64,000 nt of DNA from an uncultured Gammaproteobacteria bacterium (GCA_963759005.1 CAVWXQ010000017.1:24833-88832); one strand, 5' to 3'; counted from the first letter of the stretch, positions 45,805 through 58,280 are shown. Numbers and translations are program-made. The notes: generated by a model from the sequence alone, not told the origin.

Positions 45805-48261
45805 ATGGCTAGCACAAAAGATCTAGAAGCGAACTTACCGCAATCTATAGAAGTTCCTGTTTTACCCTTACGCGATGTGGTGGTTTATCCACACATGGTC
45901 ATTCCTCTATTCGTTGGTCGCGAAAAATCCATCCATGCGCTGGATGCTGCGATGCAGGATAACAAACAAATTTTGCTGGTTGCACAGAAAAGCGCAGATA
46001 TTGATGATCCAAATATTGGCGATGTTCATGAAATTGGCACGCTCGCGACTATTCTGCAATTATTAAAACTACCAGACGGCACGATTAAAGTACTAGTCGA
46101 AGGTTCTCAGCGTGCGCGCATTGAGGGCATGAAAGAAAGCGGCGACTTTTTTGTTGCTGGTTATCAGTTACTGTCTGACGATATATCTAAAGATGATCAG
46201 GAGCTGGACATACTTTCGCGCTCAGTTCTAAGTGTGTTTGATCAGTATGTAAAACTAAATAAAAAAGTACCTTCAGAAATCCTGACTTCACTGGCTGGTA
46301 TTGATGAGCCTTCACGGCTTTCCGATACGATAGCTGCGCATATGTCATTGAAGCTGGATGAAAAACAGAAGATTCTTGAAATCTTTAGTGTACAGGAACG
46401 TTTAGAGTACATTATGAAATTAATCGACGGTGAGATTGATATGCTTCAAATCGAGAAGCGAATCCGCGGTCGTGTTAAACAGCAAATGGAAAAAAGCCAG
46501 CGTGAGTATTACCTGAATGAGCAAATGAAAGCCATTCAGAAAGAACTGGGTGATATGGAAGATGCGCCTAATGAAGTCGAAGAGCTGGAAAAACGCATTG
46601 AAAAATCTGGCATGAGTAAGGAAGCGAAAAAGAAAGCAGACAGCGAATTAAACAAACTGAAAATGATGTCACCGATGTCGGCTGAAGCGACAGTAGTGCG
46701 TAATTATATTGACTGGTTGGTTGATTGTCCGTGGAAGAAAAAATCGAAAATTCGTAATGATCTCAGCGGTGCGGAAGACGTGTTAAATGAAGATCATTAT
46801 GGGCTTGATAAAGTCAAAGAACGTATTCTGGAATATCTGGCTGTACAGCAGCGTGTAAATAAATTAAAAGGCCCAATTTTATGTCTGGTTGGCCCTCCTG
46901 GCGTAGGTAAAACCTCATTGGGTCAGTCTATTGCCAGAGCAACTAATCGTAAATATACACGGATGGCGCTTGGTGGGGTTCGTGATGAGTCAGAAATTCG
47001 CGGGCATCGTCGTACCTATATTGGCTCTTTACCCGGTAAAATTATACAGAATCTGAGTAAAGTAGGAACGCGCAACCCGTTGTTCCTGCTTGATGAAATA
47101 GACAAAATGGCAGCCGATTTTCGTGGTGATCCGGCTTCTGCGCTACTAGAGGTGCTGGATCCAGAGCAAAATCATACCTTTGCCGACCATTACCTGGAAG
47201 TAGATTTTGATTTGTCAGATGTCATGTTTGTTGCAACTGCAAACAGCATGAATATCCCCGGCCCATTGTTAGATCGTATGGAAGTCATTCGTCTGCCGGG
47301 TTATACCGAAGATGAAAAAGTGGAAATTGCTAAAGCCTACCTGTTACCTAAACAGGTAAAAAATAATGGCTTAAAAGATGATGAGCTGCAAGTGAGCGAC
47401 ACTGCGTTACGTGACATCGTTCGTTATTATACTCGTGAAGCGGGTGTGCGAGGTATCGAGCGTGAAATTGCAAAAATCTGCCGAAAAGTGGTTAAAGAAG
47501 TTCTGCTTAATAAGAACCAGGCAGAAAAAACAACGAAGGTTACGCCGAAAATACTAGAAAAATACCTTGGCGTTAAACGCTTCCGTTATGGTGTTGTTGA
47601 AAACAATGATCAAATTGGACAGGTGAATGGTTTAGCATGGACAGAGGTCGGTGGAGAGATTCTGACCATTGAATCAGCAGTCATGCCGGGTAAAGGAAAA
47701 CTCTCCTATACGGGGCAGCTTGGCGATGTCATGCAGGAATCTATTCAGGCGGCAATGACTGTAATTCGTAGTCGTGCTGCTACCCTCGGTTTAAAACCGG
47801 ATTTTCAGGATAGTATTGATATTCATGTGCATGTGCCTGAGGGTGCGACACCCAAGGATGGCCCAAGCGCAGGCGTTGGTATGTGCACTGCATTAGCATC
47901 CTCAATTACCAAAAAACCGGTTAACGCTAATATAGCAATGACTGGCGAGATTACCTTACGGGGTGAAGTATTGCCGATAGGTGGTTTAAAAGAGAAATTA
48001 CTTGCCGCGCACCGTGCTGGAATCAAGACAGTATTAATTCCATATGAAAATGAAAAAGACCTGGTTGAGATACCTAAAAATATTTTAAGCAAGTTAGATG
48101 TGAAACCGGTGCGCTGGATTGAGGAAGTGCTGGAACTGGCATTAACAGAAATGCCGGTGCCATTGAAAGATGCTGATAATCCGGATGACAATAAAACCGG
48201 TGAAAAATCAACGAGTGCATCAAAAAGTAAAAAAACAGAAACGACTACGATGCGCCATTAA
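45805..48261 (+). CDS. lon: Lon protease
   Basis: Walker A GPPGVGKT and catalytic DGPSAG. Confidence 0.95.
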   Translation: MASTKDLEANLPQSIEVPVLPLRDVVVYPHMVIPLFVGREKSIHALDAAMQDNKQILLVAQKSADIDDPNIGDVHEIGTLATILQLLKLPDGTIKVLVEGSQRARIEGMKESGDFFVAGYQLLSDDISKDDQELDILSRSVLSVFDQYVKLNKKVPSEILTSLAGIDEPSRLSDTIAAHMSLKLDEKQKILEIFSVQERLEYIMKLIDGEIDMLQIEKRIRGRVKQQMEKSQREYYLNEQMKAIQKELGDMEDAPNEVEELEKRIEKSGMSKEAKKKADSELNKLKMMSPMSAEATVVRNYIDWLVDCPWKKKSKIRNDLSGAEDVLNEDHYGLDKVKERILEYLAVQQRVNKLKGPILCLVGPPGVGKTSLGQSIARATNRKYTRMALGGVRDESEIRGHRRTYIGSLPGKIIQNLSKVGTRNPLFLLDEIDKMAADFRGDPASALLEVLDPEQNHTFADHYLEVDFDLSDVMFVATANSMNIPGPLLDRMEVIRLPGYTEDEKVEIAKAYLLPKQVKNNGLKDDELQVSDTALRDIVRYYTREAGVRGIEREIAKICRKVVKEVLLNKNQAEKTTKVTPKILEKYLGVKRFRYGVVENNDQIGQVNGLAWTEVGGEILTIESAVMPGKGKLSYTGQLGDVMQESIQAAMTVIRSRAATLGLKPDFQDSIDIHVHVPEGATPKDGPSAGVGMCTALASSITKKPVNANIAMTGEITLRGEVLPIGGLKEKLLAAHRAGIKTVLIPYENEKDLVEIPKNILSKLDVKPVRWIEEVLELALTEMPVPLKDADNPDDNKTGEKSTSASKSKKTETTTMRH

Positions 48262-48307
48262 TTAACGATGCGTTCTTGTAGTCAGACGGTCAAAAACTAA
48301 AAATATT

Positions 48308-48395
48308 TCACCGCAGAGGGCACAGAGTTTTTTGATTGTTGGTTCGCAGTAGACGAACCAGCAATCAAAAGTTTTTCTCTGTTCCCCTGTGGTGA
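48308..48395. repeat. nested-hairpin REP-like element downstream of lon (probable terminator)
   Basis: Outer arms TCACCGCAGAGGGCACAGAG / CTCTGTTCCCCTGTGGTGA; inner arms TTTGATTGTTGGTTCG / CGAACCAGCAATCAAA. Confidence 0.7.
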
Positions 48396-48685
48396 GTTGT
48401 TTTTGTTGTATTTATTACCAGGTCATATTTAGACCTGTACTTTTATTAGGGTGATTCGATACTTGTCTACTTAGGTTTGTTAGCGCTATAACCATGTCAC
48501 ACATTTTGTGGATAAGCTCATCGAGTCCAAAAAAAAGTAGCTTCGTTGTCTTGCACTATGCGCCTGACTATGTTGAGTTTTAGTCAGTATTATCCGAGTT
48601 AATTTATTCATATTTATCCTGTTACCCGGCATATGCATTTATTGGTAAAAAAGCTTGAATTTGCAGTGTTTTTGTCAGTTTATCG

Positions 48686-48714
48686 TTGACACACTGGGTA
48701 ACTCACTGTATAAA
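48686..48714 (+). promoter_or_regulatory. sigma70 promoter candidate for hupB
   Basis: TTGACA-17 nt-TATAAA about 130 nt upstream of the ATG. Confidence 0.55.
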
Positions 48715-48841
48715 TCTCCGCTGAGAAAAACTTTGGTCGTCAGCTTAGTGAGATACCTGTATTGAAAGTCAGGAATCATAAATAAAATAATAACGACTGA
48801 TTAAAGTTATCTTTTTAACCACCAATTAATGGGAATATTTA

Positions 48842-49114
48842 ATGAATAAAACAGAACTTACTGATGTTGTTGCAGAAGCGACAGATTTAACTAAAGCTGA
48901 TGCAGCACGTGCTGTTGATGCGGTACTTGGTACAATTACAAATTCGCTTGCAGGCGGGAATCAAGTTGCTATCGTCGGCTTTGGTACATTCCTGGTACGC
49001 GATCGCGCAGCACGCACAGGACGCAACCCTCAAACTGGTGCAGAGATTCAGATCGCTGCCGCTAAAGTTCCTGCATTTAAGCCTGGTAAAGCATTAAAAG
49101 ATGCAGTAAACTAG
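48842..49114 (+). CDS. hupB: DNA-binding protein HU
   Basis: 90-aa HU with GFGTF and RNPQTG arm motifs. Confidence 0.95.
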   Translation: MNKTELTDVVAEATDLTKADAARAVDAVLGTITNSLAGGNQVAIVGFGTFLVRDRAARTGRNPQTGAEIQIAAAKVPAFKPGKALKDAVN

Positions 49115-49143
49115 CGCGCCTTCCACGGGGTACACCAAAGCAG

Positions 49144-49219
49144 GGGTGCTTAGCTCAGCTGGTAGAGCGTCGCCCTTACAAGGCGAATGTCGGGGGTTCG
49201 ACTCCCTCAGCACCCACCA
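49144..49219 (+). tRNA. tRNA-Val (anticodon UAC)
   Basis: Acceptor GGGTGCT/AGCACCC, anticodon loop CTTACAA, CCA. Confidence 0.9.
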
Positions 49220-49224
49220 AGTAC

Positions 49225-49301
49225 GGACCGGTAGTTCAGCTGGTTAGAATGCCGGCCTGTCACGCCGGAGGTCGCGGGTTCAAATCCCGTCCGGTCCGCC
49301 A
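49225..49301 (+). tRNA. tRNA-Asp (anticodon GUC)
   Basis: Acceptor GGACCGG/CCGGTCC, anticodon loop CTGTCAC, CCA. Confidence 0.9.
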
Positions 49302-49312
49302 TATGAAGACAG

Positions 49313-49358
49313 TGCCGCACTAAGATTAACATTGATGTTGATGTTGTGCGGCATTTTC
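49313..49358 (+). terminator. terminator after the hupB-tRNA cluster
   Basis: Stem TGCCGCAC/GTGCGGCA followed by TTTT. Confidence 0.55.
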
Positions 49359-49768
49359 ATTTACCTACCCTCTTACAAGAATATGTTTAATCATTCGTAG
49401 CGTATCAAAATACTTTGATACGTGTTTTATCTTGAAAATAAGTAATAAATATGAATTTTTTTTGTACTATAGCTTATAAATTCAGCTCATGAATTCTGCG
49501 TTTTAGGTATAATCTCGCACAAAAATATTTTTCCGTATTAATGATGGAAGTCTGATTAATTCTGAATGAAGTAGGTGTAATCCAGAAAAAGTGGATTTAA
49601 GGCGTAACTTGCACTTACATAATATGTTATTGCGAAAATATACAACACAGCAGCTGGTTGTTCTGGCGCAAGATATAATTTAATAAATTAATCATAGGCT
49701 CCATAATATTAAAATTTTTGGCACCTGGCCATAAAACCGTCAGGTTACGTTTTAGGACAGAAAAAACT

Positions 49769-51694
49769 ATGTTACAGGCTATTAATGATCGTATAAAAGG
49801 TTGGTTAGGTATCGTTATTGTTGTTTTGATTGGCTTACCTTTTGCACTATGGGGTATTCAATCTTATCTGGATGATGCCGGACCACGCTATGCAGCTAAA
49901 GTTAATAATATAGAAATATCAGCAAATGAATTTGAACGTTCTGTATCAATGCAGCGTCAGTCAATGCTTCGCCAGTACGGTGGTCAACTTCCAATTGAAG
50001 AAAAAGTCTTGCGTGAGCGAACATTAACGCAATTAATCAATCAACGATTGCTTGAAAGCACCACCTTCGAAAATGGCTACAGAGTTTCAGATTCTCTTTT
50101 ATCTGCAAAAATAAAGCAGTTGTTTACGGTTGATGGCGTTTTTGACCGTCTTCGTTTTGAAGCGAATGTTCGCTCTCTCGGTATGAGTATTCCAATGTAT
50201 GAGCAGGAATTAAGAAACGAATTAAGGTTACAGCAAATGCAGACAGCAATTACTAATTCATCTTTTGTCACCAGGGAAGAAGTGAACAAGCTGGCAGCAT
50301 TGAATGAGCAAACGCGTGACATTACTGTGCTGACATTCGATACAAAGCATTTTTCTACAGCCGAAAAACCCACGGAAGAAGAAATCAAGCAATACTATGA
50401 GGCAAATATGAATCGTTTCATGGTTGATGAAAAAATTAAAGTTGATTACCTTGAAATTACTTCTGATGCGCTATCCGAAAATGTTGAAGTCAATGAAGAT
50501 CAAATCAAAAAAATGTATGATGACTATGTCGCCAGTATTAGTGGTCGCGAGGAACGTAAAGCCAGGCATATATTGATCAAAACGGTGGCAGGCGAGTCTG
50601 CTGCTAACGCTGTAGCTAAGGAAAAAATTGAATCACTCAAACAGGAACTTGAACAGGGCGCTGACTTTGCTGATTTAGCGAAGAAACATTCGCAGGATTC
50701 CGGTTCCGCGGTAAAGGGTGGAGATCTCGGCTGGGTAACATTAGGCGAGATGGTTAAACCATTCGAGCAGGCTTTGTTTGACATGAGCTTGCCTGATAAA
50801 GACTTGCCTGATAAAGATAAGGGTAGCGTCAGTGAAATAGTCGAAACACAGTTTGGTTATCATTTAATTAAACTTGATGACGTTAGGAGTGAAACCATCG
50901 AACCGCTTGAGATTAAACGATATGGCTTTGAAGAAGAATTGAAAGCAGATGCTGTCGCCTCAATGTTTTATGATTTGAGTGAAAGACTTGCGTCCACTGC
51001 GTATGAAAATCCTGATAGCCTCGATATTGCCGCTGAAGAGTTAGGTTTAAAAATTATTAGCAGTGATTATTTTTCACGTAATAAAGGAAAGGGAATTGCT
51101 GAGAATGAAAAGCTAAGAAATGTCGCTTTTTCACCACTGGTGTTAGAGCAGGGCAGTAACAGTGATCTTGTAGAAATCAGTCCAACACATGTTGTGGTTT
51201 TACGTTTGAACGATCATATACCTGCAACAGCGATTCCTCTAGCAGAGCTAACATCTAAAATTGAAAATATTTTAACAGCACAAAATGGTTATAAACAAAC
51301 AAAAGCAGCCGCTTTAGATGTTAAAGCTAAAATAGAAGCGGGCGAAAGTATAGAAAGTTTGAAGGCCGATGGTATTCAAATAGATGTTTTTGCCTCTCTA
51401 GGGCGTAAAGATAATACTAAAGTAAGTGACCCTTCAATATTACAAACTGCGTTTGAGATCACGGCTAATCAGAATGAGGCTCCAGCAGTTAAAGAGGTTG
51501 ATTTGATATCGGGTGATGTTGCATTGATTGTGTTAACAAAAGTGAATGCGCCGGACAACATTTCTCAGGACAGGCTGGACCTGGTTAAGCGCGATGTTTT
51601 ACGCGATAATGCAAGCCGTGCTTTTTCCAGTACTGTACTGGCAATAAAAGAAAGTGCGGATATTGATAAAAACACACTGTTAATTGAAAAATAA
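49769..51694 (+). CDS. ppiD: periplasmic chaperone / peptidyl-prolyl isomerase PpiD
   Basis: Start taken at MLQAINDRIKGW (AGGA SD). N-terminal TM and parvulin block (RHILIK...FGYHLIKL). Confidence 0.85.
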   Translation: MLQAINDRIKGWLGIVIVVLIGLPFALWGIQSYLDDAGPRYAAKVNNIEISANEFERSVSMQRQSMLRQYGGQLPIEEKVLRERTLTQLINQRLLESTTFENGYRVSDSLLSAKIKQLFTVDGVFDRLRFEANVRSLGMSIPMYEQELRNELRLQQMQTAITNSSFVTREEVNKLAALNEQTRDITVLTFDTKHFSTAEKPTEEEIKQYYEANMNRFMVDEKIKVDYLEITSDALSENVEVNEDQIKKMYDDYVASISGREERKARHILIKTVAGESAANAVAKEKIESLKQELEQGADFADLAKKHSQDSGSAVKGGDLGWVTLGEMVKPFEQALFDMSLPDKDLPDKDKGSVSEIVETQFGYHLIKLDDVRSETIEPLEIKRYGFEEELKADAVASMFYDLSERLASTAYENPDSLDIAAEELGLKIISSDYFSRNKGKGIAENEKLRNVAFSPLVLEQGSNSDLVEISPTHVVVLRLNDHIPATAIPLAELTSKIENILTAQNGYKQTKAAALDVKAKIEAGESIESLKADGIQIDVFASLGRKDNTKVSDPSILQTAFEITANQNEAPAVKEVDLISGDVALIVLTKVNAPDNISQDRLDLVKRDVLRDNASRAFSSTVLAIKESADIDKNTLLIEK

Positions 51695-51929
51695 ATGCAT
51701 ACATTGTTTGCTGTGCTAGTACTCCATACATAGCTTTGATGTAATACTAGTAGAGTGACATCATAAAGATAAAGCACAGAGATACATAGCAATAACCTGC
51801 ATTAACACCCACTATAAATATTCCCCTGTGTGAGGTGCATGGCTGCGCTACTATTGCAAGCGCGACCCTTTGTGGTTAGATATTAACTTTTATAGTAATT
51901 CAATATGATCCAGGACAAGGGGAAGTGTA

Positions 51930-53198
51930 GTGCTAACTAAAAAAATTGCTTTGCATTGGCAAATATTAATAGCACTTTTTTTTGCCGTGCTTACCGGTCT
52001 CTTTGTTGACCAGACATTTTCTGTTTTTGGACTTTCCTTACTTTCTGTATTAATCTTTTTCGGTACCTTATTTTTAAATGCATTAAAGATGTTAATTGTG
52101 CCACTGGTTATGGCTTCAATTATCACTGGTATGATGACACTGAGTGGCGAAACACTGGGACGTCTGGGCGCGAAAACAGTGTTGTATTACGCAACCACCA
52201 GTCTGGTTGCGATTTTAATTGGTCTGTTTTTTGTCAATCTGCTTCAGCCAGGTATTATCGATGGCGAACCGGCCCGGCATATCATTGGTTTATCTGCAGA
52301 AACAGAAGAGGTGATTAGTAAAGTGGGTGGTAAAGGAGCCGCTGACATCGCCGCAGTATTACTTCGAATGATACCGCCTAATATTGTGACAGCAGCAGCC
52401 AACGGGCAAATGTTGGGCTTGATTTTCTTCAGTTTAATTTTTGGGTTTTTTGTTTCTAAACTTGAGGATTCGCCTGCGCAGGTGCATAAAGATTTCTGGC
52501 AGGGTTTGTTAAATATCATGATGATGATGACAGACTTAATCATGAAGTTTGCGCCATTAGGTGTTTATGCACTGGTAACAAAAGTGATAATGATTTCTGG
52601 TGTCGAAGCATTTGCACCACTGGCTCTATTTTTTATTACGGTGTTACTGGCTTTAGCTGCACACTTGTTCTTATTTCTCCCCGTCGTGTTACGGTACATT
52701 GGCCGTGTTTCACCAGGGAAACATTTTAAAGCGATGTTGCCAGCCTTATTAACGGCATTTTCTACCAGCTCTTCATCTGCTACATTACCTATAACTATGG
52801 ATTGTGTTGAAAACCGAGCAGGTGTATCAAATCAGGTTTCTGGTTTTACTCTGCCGTTGGGTGCGACCATTAATATGGATGGCACCGCATTGTATGAATG
52901 CGTGGCAGCAATGTTTATTGCACAGGCCTATGGTATTTCTCTGGATATTACCACGCAGTTCACTATTGTGCTGATTGCATTACTAACCTCTATCGGGGTG
53001 GCCGGCATCCCTTCGGCTAGCCTGGTAGCGATTACTATTATATTAGCTGCCATTGGTTTGCCACTTGAGGCAATTGGCTTAATTCTTGTTGTAGATCGAG
53101 TGCTGGATATGTGCCGTACTTCAGTGAATGTGTTTAGTGATTCCTGTGCAGCGGTGACCATAGCACGACTTGAAGGCGAAGAAACGTGTGTGGTTTAA
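51930..53198 (+). CDS. dicarboxylate/amino acid:cation symporter (DAACS) family transporter
   Basis: SSSATLP and GATINMDGTALYE signature blocks; GTG start. Confidence 0.85.
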   Translation: MLTKKIALHWQILIALFFAVLTGLFVDQTFSVFGLSLLSVLIFFGTLFLNALKMLIVPLVMASIITGMMTLSGETLGRLGAKTVLYYATTSLVAILIGLFFVNLLQPGIIDGEPARHIIGLSAETEEVISKVGGKGAADIAAVLLRMIPPNIVTAAANGQMLGLIFFSLIFGFFVSKLEDSPAQVHKDFWQGLLNIMMMMTDLIMKFAPLGVYALVTKVIMISGVEAFAPLALFFITVLLALAAHLFLFLPVVLRYIGRVSPGKHFKAMLPALLTAFSTSSSSATLPITMDCVENRAGVSNQVSGFTLPLGATINMDGTALYECVAAMFIAQAYGISLDITTQFTIVLIALLTSIGVAGIPSASLVAITIILAAIGLPLEAIGLILVVDRVLDMCRTSVNVFSDSCAAVTIARLEGEETCVV

Positions 53199-53282
53199 CA
53201 GCTTGATCATCGCTTCTTGATTATAGCTTAAAGGGCAGCCATATTAATTCTATTATTGCTGTGCACATTAATAACGACTTAT

Positions 53283-53324
53283 AAAAAAGACAGCCGAAGG
53301 CTATAGCTGCCGGCTGTCTTTTTT
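53283..53324. terminator. bidirectional terminator between convergent transporter gene and fabI
   Basis: GACAGCCG...CGGCTGTC flanked by A6 and T6 runs. Confidence 0.7.
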
Positions 53325-53350
53325 ATGTTTTGTGGAAATAAACAATTATT

Positions 53351-54145
53351 TTATTGTGATATATCACCCATTAGTCCAGCTGTATGATAACCGGCATCAA
53401 CGTAAACGACCTCACCGGTGATTCCGCTTGCTAGAGGTGAGCAAAGAAATGCTGAAGTATTGCCGACTTCTTCAATGGTTACATTGCGATGTAATGGTGC
53501 ACTTTGTTCAACATGTTCGATAATTTTGTTGAAATTAGAAATACCTTTTGCGGCTAAGGTTTTAATCGGACCTGCAGAGACGGCATTTACCCGAATACCT
53601 TCTGCGCCTAAAGAGTGTGCCAGATAGCGTACGTTGGCTTCAAGACTGGCTTTTGCCAGACCCATAACATTATAACCCGGGAAGGCGCGTACCGCACCGA
53701 GGTAACTCATGGTAATGATGGCCGCGTCTTCCCGGTTTTGCATCATATGGCGGCCAGCTTTAGCAATTGCAGAGAGGCTATATGAGCTAATATCGTGTGC
53801 AGTGTTGAAACCCTCACGGGTGATATTGTCCAGGTAATCACCCTCCAGCATTTCTTTTGGTGCAAATGCAACCGAATGGACAATAATATCCAGGCTGTCC
53901 CAGTAGTCATCAAGATGATCGAAAACAGCTTCTATGTCCTCGTCTTTTTCAACGTCGCAGGGCACAATAATATCGGAGTCGCATTGCCCGGCTAATTTTT
54001 CGACACGTTCTCTTAACCTTTCGCCCTGATAGGCAAATGCCAGTTCAGCACCTTCACGGTGCATTGCCTGTGCAATACCCCAGGCAATCGAGCGATTGCT
54101 CGCAACACCAAAAATTAATACACGTTTTCCTGTTAAAAAGCCCAT
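53351..54145 (-). CDS. fabI: enoyl-ACP reductase (NADH)
   Basis: [11 protein letters not shown] cofactor motif and the Y-x6-K context [12 protein letters not shown]. Confidence 0.9.
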   Translation of the reverse strand: MGFLTGKRVLIFGVASNRSIAWGIAQAMHREGAELAFAYQGERLRERVEKLAGQCDSDIIVPCDVEKDEDIEAVFDHLDDYWDSLDIIVHSVAFAPKEMLEGDYLDNITREGFNTAHDISSYSLSAIAKAGRHMMQNREDAAIITMSYLGAVRAFPGYNVMGLAKASLEANVRYLAHSLGAEGIRVNAVSAGPIKTLAAKGISNFNKIIEHVEQSAPLHRNVTIEEVGNTSAFLCSPLASGITGEVVYVDAGYHTAGLMGDISQ

Positions 54146-54309
54146 ATTAGCTCCCCTTCATATTTTATTATTGTTGGTCTGTTGCTGACCAGTACTGTAA
54201 ACTCAGTTGGCACATGTTAGGCGGATTTTACCCGTAAATGCAACCCATCAATGCAATTATTAACGCGATCATCTAACTAGCGAAAAAACAAAATAGTCAT
54301 GTTACTCTC

Positions 54310-56115
54310 ATGTTAAATCGATTATTCGAAATCAAATTTAAATTTTTCTGCTTTCTTTTGTTTTGCCTGCCAGTGAATACTCATGCAGTGCCTGCTATGG
54401 GCATGGGGTATGAGCCGAAATATGCCGAGGATTATAAGCATTTCGACTATGTTAATCCTGCTGCACCCAAACAGGGTGAATTAACCATGATGGGTTTGGG
54501 TACCTTTGATAGCCTGAACCCGTATTTACTCAAAGGCATTTCTGCCGAGGGCCTGGGTCTGCTGGTTTTTGAAAGCCTGCTGGAAAAAAGTCTGGATGAA
54601 CCGTTTAGCGAATACGGACTTATTGCTGATGATTTTTATTTAGCGGAAGACGAATTATCGGTAACGTTTCATATTAATCCGCTGGCCAGATTTTCAAACG
54701 GTGATGCGGTTACTGCAGATGATGTTAAATATTCATTTGATACCCTGATGAGCAAAGCGGCTCACCCGCAATTTCGGGTTTATTATGCAGATGTTAAATC
54801 TGCCACGGTCATAGATCGTTTAACTGTTCGATTTGATTTTAAAAATAGAAACCGTGAGTTACATATGATTATCGGAGAGATTCCGATATTTTCTAAAAAA
54901 TGGGCAAATGATACAGACTTTGAGAAGCTGAGTGATACTAAACCTGTAGCCAGTGGCCCTTATACAGTTGAAAAATATGAGCGCGGTAAAAGCATTACCT
55001 ATGTTAAAAATCCTGACTACTGGGCAAAAGACCTGGCCGTACGTAATGGTATGTTTAATTTTGATCGCATAAGCTATAAATATTATAAAGATTCGACCAT
55101 TGCACTTGAAGCATTCAAAGCGGGTGAGTTTGATTTCTTCTATGAAAACCATTCCAAACGTTGGGCTCGTTCCCATAGTGGACCCTATTATGATTCTGGT
55201 GATATTTTAAAGACAGAACTCACCCATAAAAACAATGCCGGTATGCAGGGGTTTGCCTTTAATACACGTAAAAGTTTGTTTAACGATGTACGTGTGCGCC
55301 GGGCATTGAGTCTGGCTTATGATTTTGAATGGGCAAATGATAAATTATTCTATAACCAGTATGTTCGTGCTGACAGTTTTTTCAGTAACAGCGAACTGGC
55401 GGCGCAAGGTTTGCCTGAGGGCAAAGAACTGGCCCTGCTGGAAAAGTATCGAGATCAGTTACCGAGTGAAATATTTACACAAGAGTGGAAACCGGCAACT
55501 ACACTGCCACCCTACAGTTTACGAGAAAATTTAATCAAGGCACGTGATCTGCTGGCCGAAGCAGGCTGGACGATTCAGCAGGGTGTATTGAAAAATAAGC
55601 AGGGTGATGTATTCAAGCTTGATATATTACTGGTGCAGGGTGGTTTTGATCGAATTATTGCGCCCTATGCGCATAACTTAAAAAAACTGGGGATCGAAAC
55701 CAGTTATCGCACGGTTGATTCATCACTCTATAAACGCAGGCTTGATACTTTTGAATTTGATATGGTTGTACATAGTTTTTCATCGTCAGTGTCACCCGGT
55801 AATGAAATGATGACCATGTTTCATTCTTCCTCGGCAGATTTGAAAGGGTCAACTAATTTACCGGGCATTGAAAATCCAGTTGTAGATGCACTGGTCATGG
55901 ATATTATTCAGGCAAAAAACCGTGAAGAAGTTGTAATCGCATCTCGCGCACTTGATCGAGTACTGCTGTTTGGCGAATATCTTGTGCCAAACTGGTATAT
56001 TAATGTACATCGTGTAGCTTATTGGGATAAATTCGGTGTGCCTGAGACGCAACCACTGTATTATGATCCGATCAGCTGGCTGTTAAAAGCGTGGTGGATA
56101 AAAGATGAAACTTAA
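54310..56115 (+). CDS. yejA: ABC transporter substrate-binding protein (family 5, YejA-like)
   Basis: Signal peptide; ~600-aa SBP_bac_5-like protein upstream of yejB/E/F-like genes. Confidence 0.8.
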   Translation: MLNRLFEIKFKFFCFLLFCLPVNTHAVPAMGMGYEPKYAEDYKHFDYVNPAAPKQGELTMMGLGTFDSLNPYLLKGISAEGLGLLVFESLLEKSLDEPFSEYGLIADDFYLAEDELSVTFHINPLARFSNGDAVTADDVKYSFDTLMSKAAHPQFRVYYADVKSATVIDRLTVRFDFKNRNRELHMIIGEIPIFSKKWANDTDFEKLSDTKPVASGPYTVEKYERGKSITYVKNPDYWAKDLAVRNGMFNFDRISYKYYKDSTIALEAFKAGEFDFFYENHSKRWARSHSGPYYDSGDILKTELTHKNNAGMQGFAFNTRKSLFNDVRVRRALSLAYDFEWANDKLFYNQYVRADSFFSNSELAAQGLPEGKELALLEKYRDQLPSEIFTQEWKPATTLPPYSLRENLIKARDLLAEAGWTIQQGVLKNKQGDVFKLDILLVQGGFDRIIAPYAHNLKKLGIETSYRTVDSSLYKRRLDTFEFDMVVHSFSSSVSPGNEMMTMFHSSSADLKGSTNLPGIENPVVDALVMDIIQAKNREEVVIASRALDRVLLFGEYLVPNWYINVHRVAYWDKFGVPETQPLYYDPISWLLKAWWIKDET

Positions 56116-56151
56116 GCGAAAAGACAACCAGTCCATATAATAAATTAGCCT

Positions 56152-57204
56152 ATGTTTGCATACATATTAAAACGTCTGTTATTAATGATACCAACTTTGT
56201 TTGGCGTCATGCTTATTACGTTTGCTGTGACTCAGTTTGTCCCGGGCGGTCCGGTAGAGCAGCTTGTAAGCCAGCTGGAAGGAAAACAGGGGGAGGGTGA
56301 AGCAAGCAGTGGCACCAGCGGCTTGTATCGCGGAGCTACCGGCCTTGATGAAGAGTATATACAGGAAATTCGTGCACTCTATGGTTTTGATAAACCGGTC
56401 CATGAACGATTTTTCAGCATGATAAAAAACTATTTAAGTTTTGATTTCGGCGATAGTTACTTTCACAATGAATCGGTTGTAGACCTGGTGATTTCCAAGT
56501 TGCCGGTTTCTATCAGTTTAGGCGTATGGAGTTTCCTGATTGTTTATTCAACCTGTATTCCGTTAGGTATAGCAAAAGCTGTAAGAGATGGCAGTACCTT
56601 TGATGTTGTTAGCAGTACGTTTATATTGATTGGTTATGCCATTCCCGGCTTCGTGCTCGGTATTACTTTACTGGTTTTTTTTGGCGGCGGCAGTTTTTTT
56701 GATATCTTTCCATTACGCGGGCTGGTTTCAGATAACTGGGACAGTCTTCCATGGTATAAGCAAATTACCGATTACCTGTGGCATATGGTGCTGCCTATAA
56801 CCGCATCGGTTATAGGCAGTTTTGCGATTATGACCATGTTAACCAAAAACAGTTTTATAGAAGAGATACGTAAGCAATACGTACTAACCGCCAGGGCGAA
56901 GGGCCTGTCTGAAAATGCAGTGTTATATCGGCATGTATTCAGGAATGCAGTGATCCCGCTGGTGACAGGTTTTCCCGCTGCATTTATCGGTGCGTTTTTT
57001 ACCGGCAGTTTATTGATCGAAACCATTTTTTCACTTGATGGACTGGGTTTGCTATCATATGAATCAGTTCTGAAACGTGATTATCCGGTAGTACTGGGCA
57101 CATTGTTTCTGTTCACTATTCTAGGCCTGATTGCAAAATTACTGGCTGATCTAAGTTATGTGTTCATCGATCCGCGTATTCATTTTGATTCAGTTGATCA
57201 GTAG
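56152..57204 (+). CDS. yejB: ABC transporter permease (YejB-like)
   Basis: Six-TM BPD-type permease with an EAA-like loop (ARAKGLSE). Confidence 0.8.
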   Translation: MFAYILKRLLLMIPTLFGVMLITFAVTQFVPGGPVEQLVSQLEGKQGEGEASSGTSGLYRGATGLDEEYIQEIRALYGFDKPVHERFFSMIKNYLSFDFGDSYFHNESVVDLVISKLPVSISLGVWSFLIVYSTCIPLGIAKAVRDGSTFDVVSSTFILIGYAIPGFVLGITLLVFFGGGSFFDIFPLRGLVSDNWDSLPWYKQITDYLWHMVLPITASVIGSFAIMTMLTKNSFIEEIRKQYVLTARAKGLSENAVLYRHVFRNAVIPLVTGFPAAFIGAFFTGSLLIETIFSLDGLGLLSYESVLKRDYPVVLGTLFLFTILGLIAKLLADLSYVFIDPRIHFDSVDQ

Positions 57205-57218
57205 TCCGGTTGATTTTT

Positions 57219-58280
57219 ATGAGTGCTTCTGAGAATAACAGTAACAGTAAAAACACGTTGACAGGGCTGTCTCCGGGTCAGCGCTCCTGGCTGCGTTTTA
57301 AATCTAATCGCCGCGGATATGTCAGTTTATGGATTTTCAGTATTCTTTTTATTTTATGTTTTTTTGCTGAAGTATTATCCAACGATAAACCACTTATTGT
57401 TAGTTATGAAGGCGAGTATTATTTTCCGGTATTGAAAGCGTACCCCGAAACAATGTTTGGTGGCGACTTTGAGACTGAAGCAGATTATACGGATGACTTT
57501 GTTCGCAGACAGTTAACCAGCAAAGGTAACTGGATTCTAGAACCGATAATACCTTACAGTTACAACACAATTAATTTTGTTAGTGACCTGCCAAACCCTG
57601 CGCCACCGTCAAGCCAGAATTTATTAGGTACAGATGACCGTGGGCGAGATGTACTGGCCCGGGTTATTTACGGTTTTCGAATTTCTGTCTGGTTTGCACT
57701 GGCACTGATGGTGATTGGTGTTGTTATCGGCATCAGTGCCGGGGCGATACAGGGATATTTTTCAGGTAAAACGGATTTGATTATGCAGCGTGTCATTGAA
57801 GTATGGTCGTCAATGCCTGAGCTGTATCTGCTGATTATTTTCGCTTCGATATTTCAACCCAGTATCTGGTTATTAATTATATTGTTGTCCATGTTTGGCT
57901 GGATGGGACTGTCTGACTATGTACGTGCCGAATTTCTCCGTGGCAGAAACCTGGATTATGTTCGCTCAGCCAGGGCCATGGGGCTGACTAATTTTACCAT
58001 CATGAGTAAGCATTTGTTGCCGAACAGCCTTACGCCAGTAATTACCTTTCTGCCATTTAGAATCAGCGGAGCCATTCTTGCATTAACCAGCCTGGATTTT
58101 CTCGGCCTGGGTGTACCGCCTACAACGCCGAGTTTAGGCGAGTTGCTGGCGCAGGGGAAAGAGAATATAGAAGCATGGTGGTTGTCACTGAGTGCTTTTA
58201 TTGTACTGGTCGGTACGCTGATGCTATTGATTTTTATTGGTGAAGCGCTGCGCGAAGCAATGGATACTCGCAGAACTTAA
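57219..58280 (+). CDS. yejE: ABC transporter permease (YejE-like)
   Basis: BPD-type permease (SARAMGLTNF loop). ATG at 57219 preferred over TTG at 57210. Confidence 0.8.
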   Translation: MSASENNSNSKNTLTGLSPGQRSWLRFKSNRRGYVSLWIFSILFILCFFAEVLSNDKPLIVSYEGEYYFPVLKAYPETMFGGDFETEADYTDDFVRRQLTSKGNWILEPIIPYSYNTINFVSDLPNPAPPSSQNLLGTDDRGRDVLARVIYGFRISVWFALALMVIGVVIGISAGAIQGYFSGKTDLIMQRVIEVWSSMPELYLLIIFASIFQPSIWLLIILLSMFGWMGLSDYVRAEFLRGRNLDYVRSARAMGLTNFTIMSKHLLPNSLTPVITFLPFRISGAILALTSLDFLGLGVPPTTPSLGELLAQGKENIEAWWLSLSAFIVLVGTLMLLIFIGEALREAMDTRRT

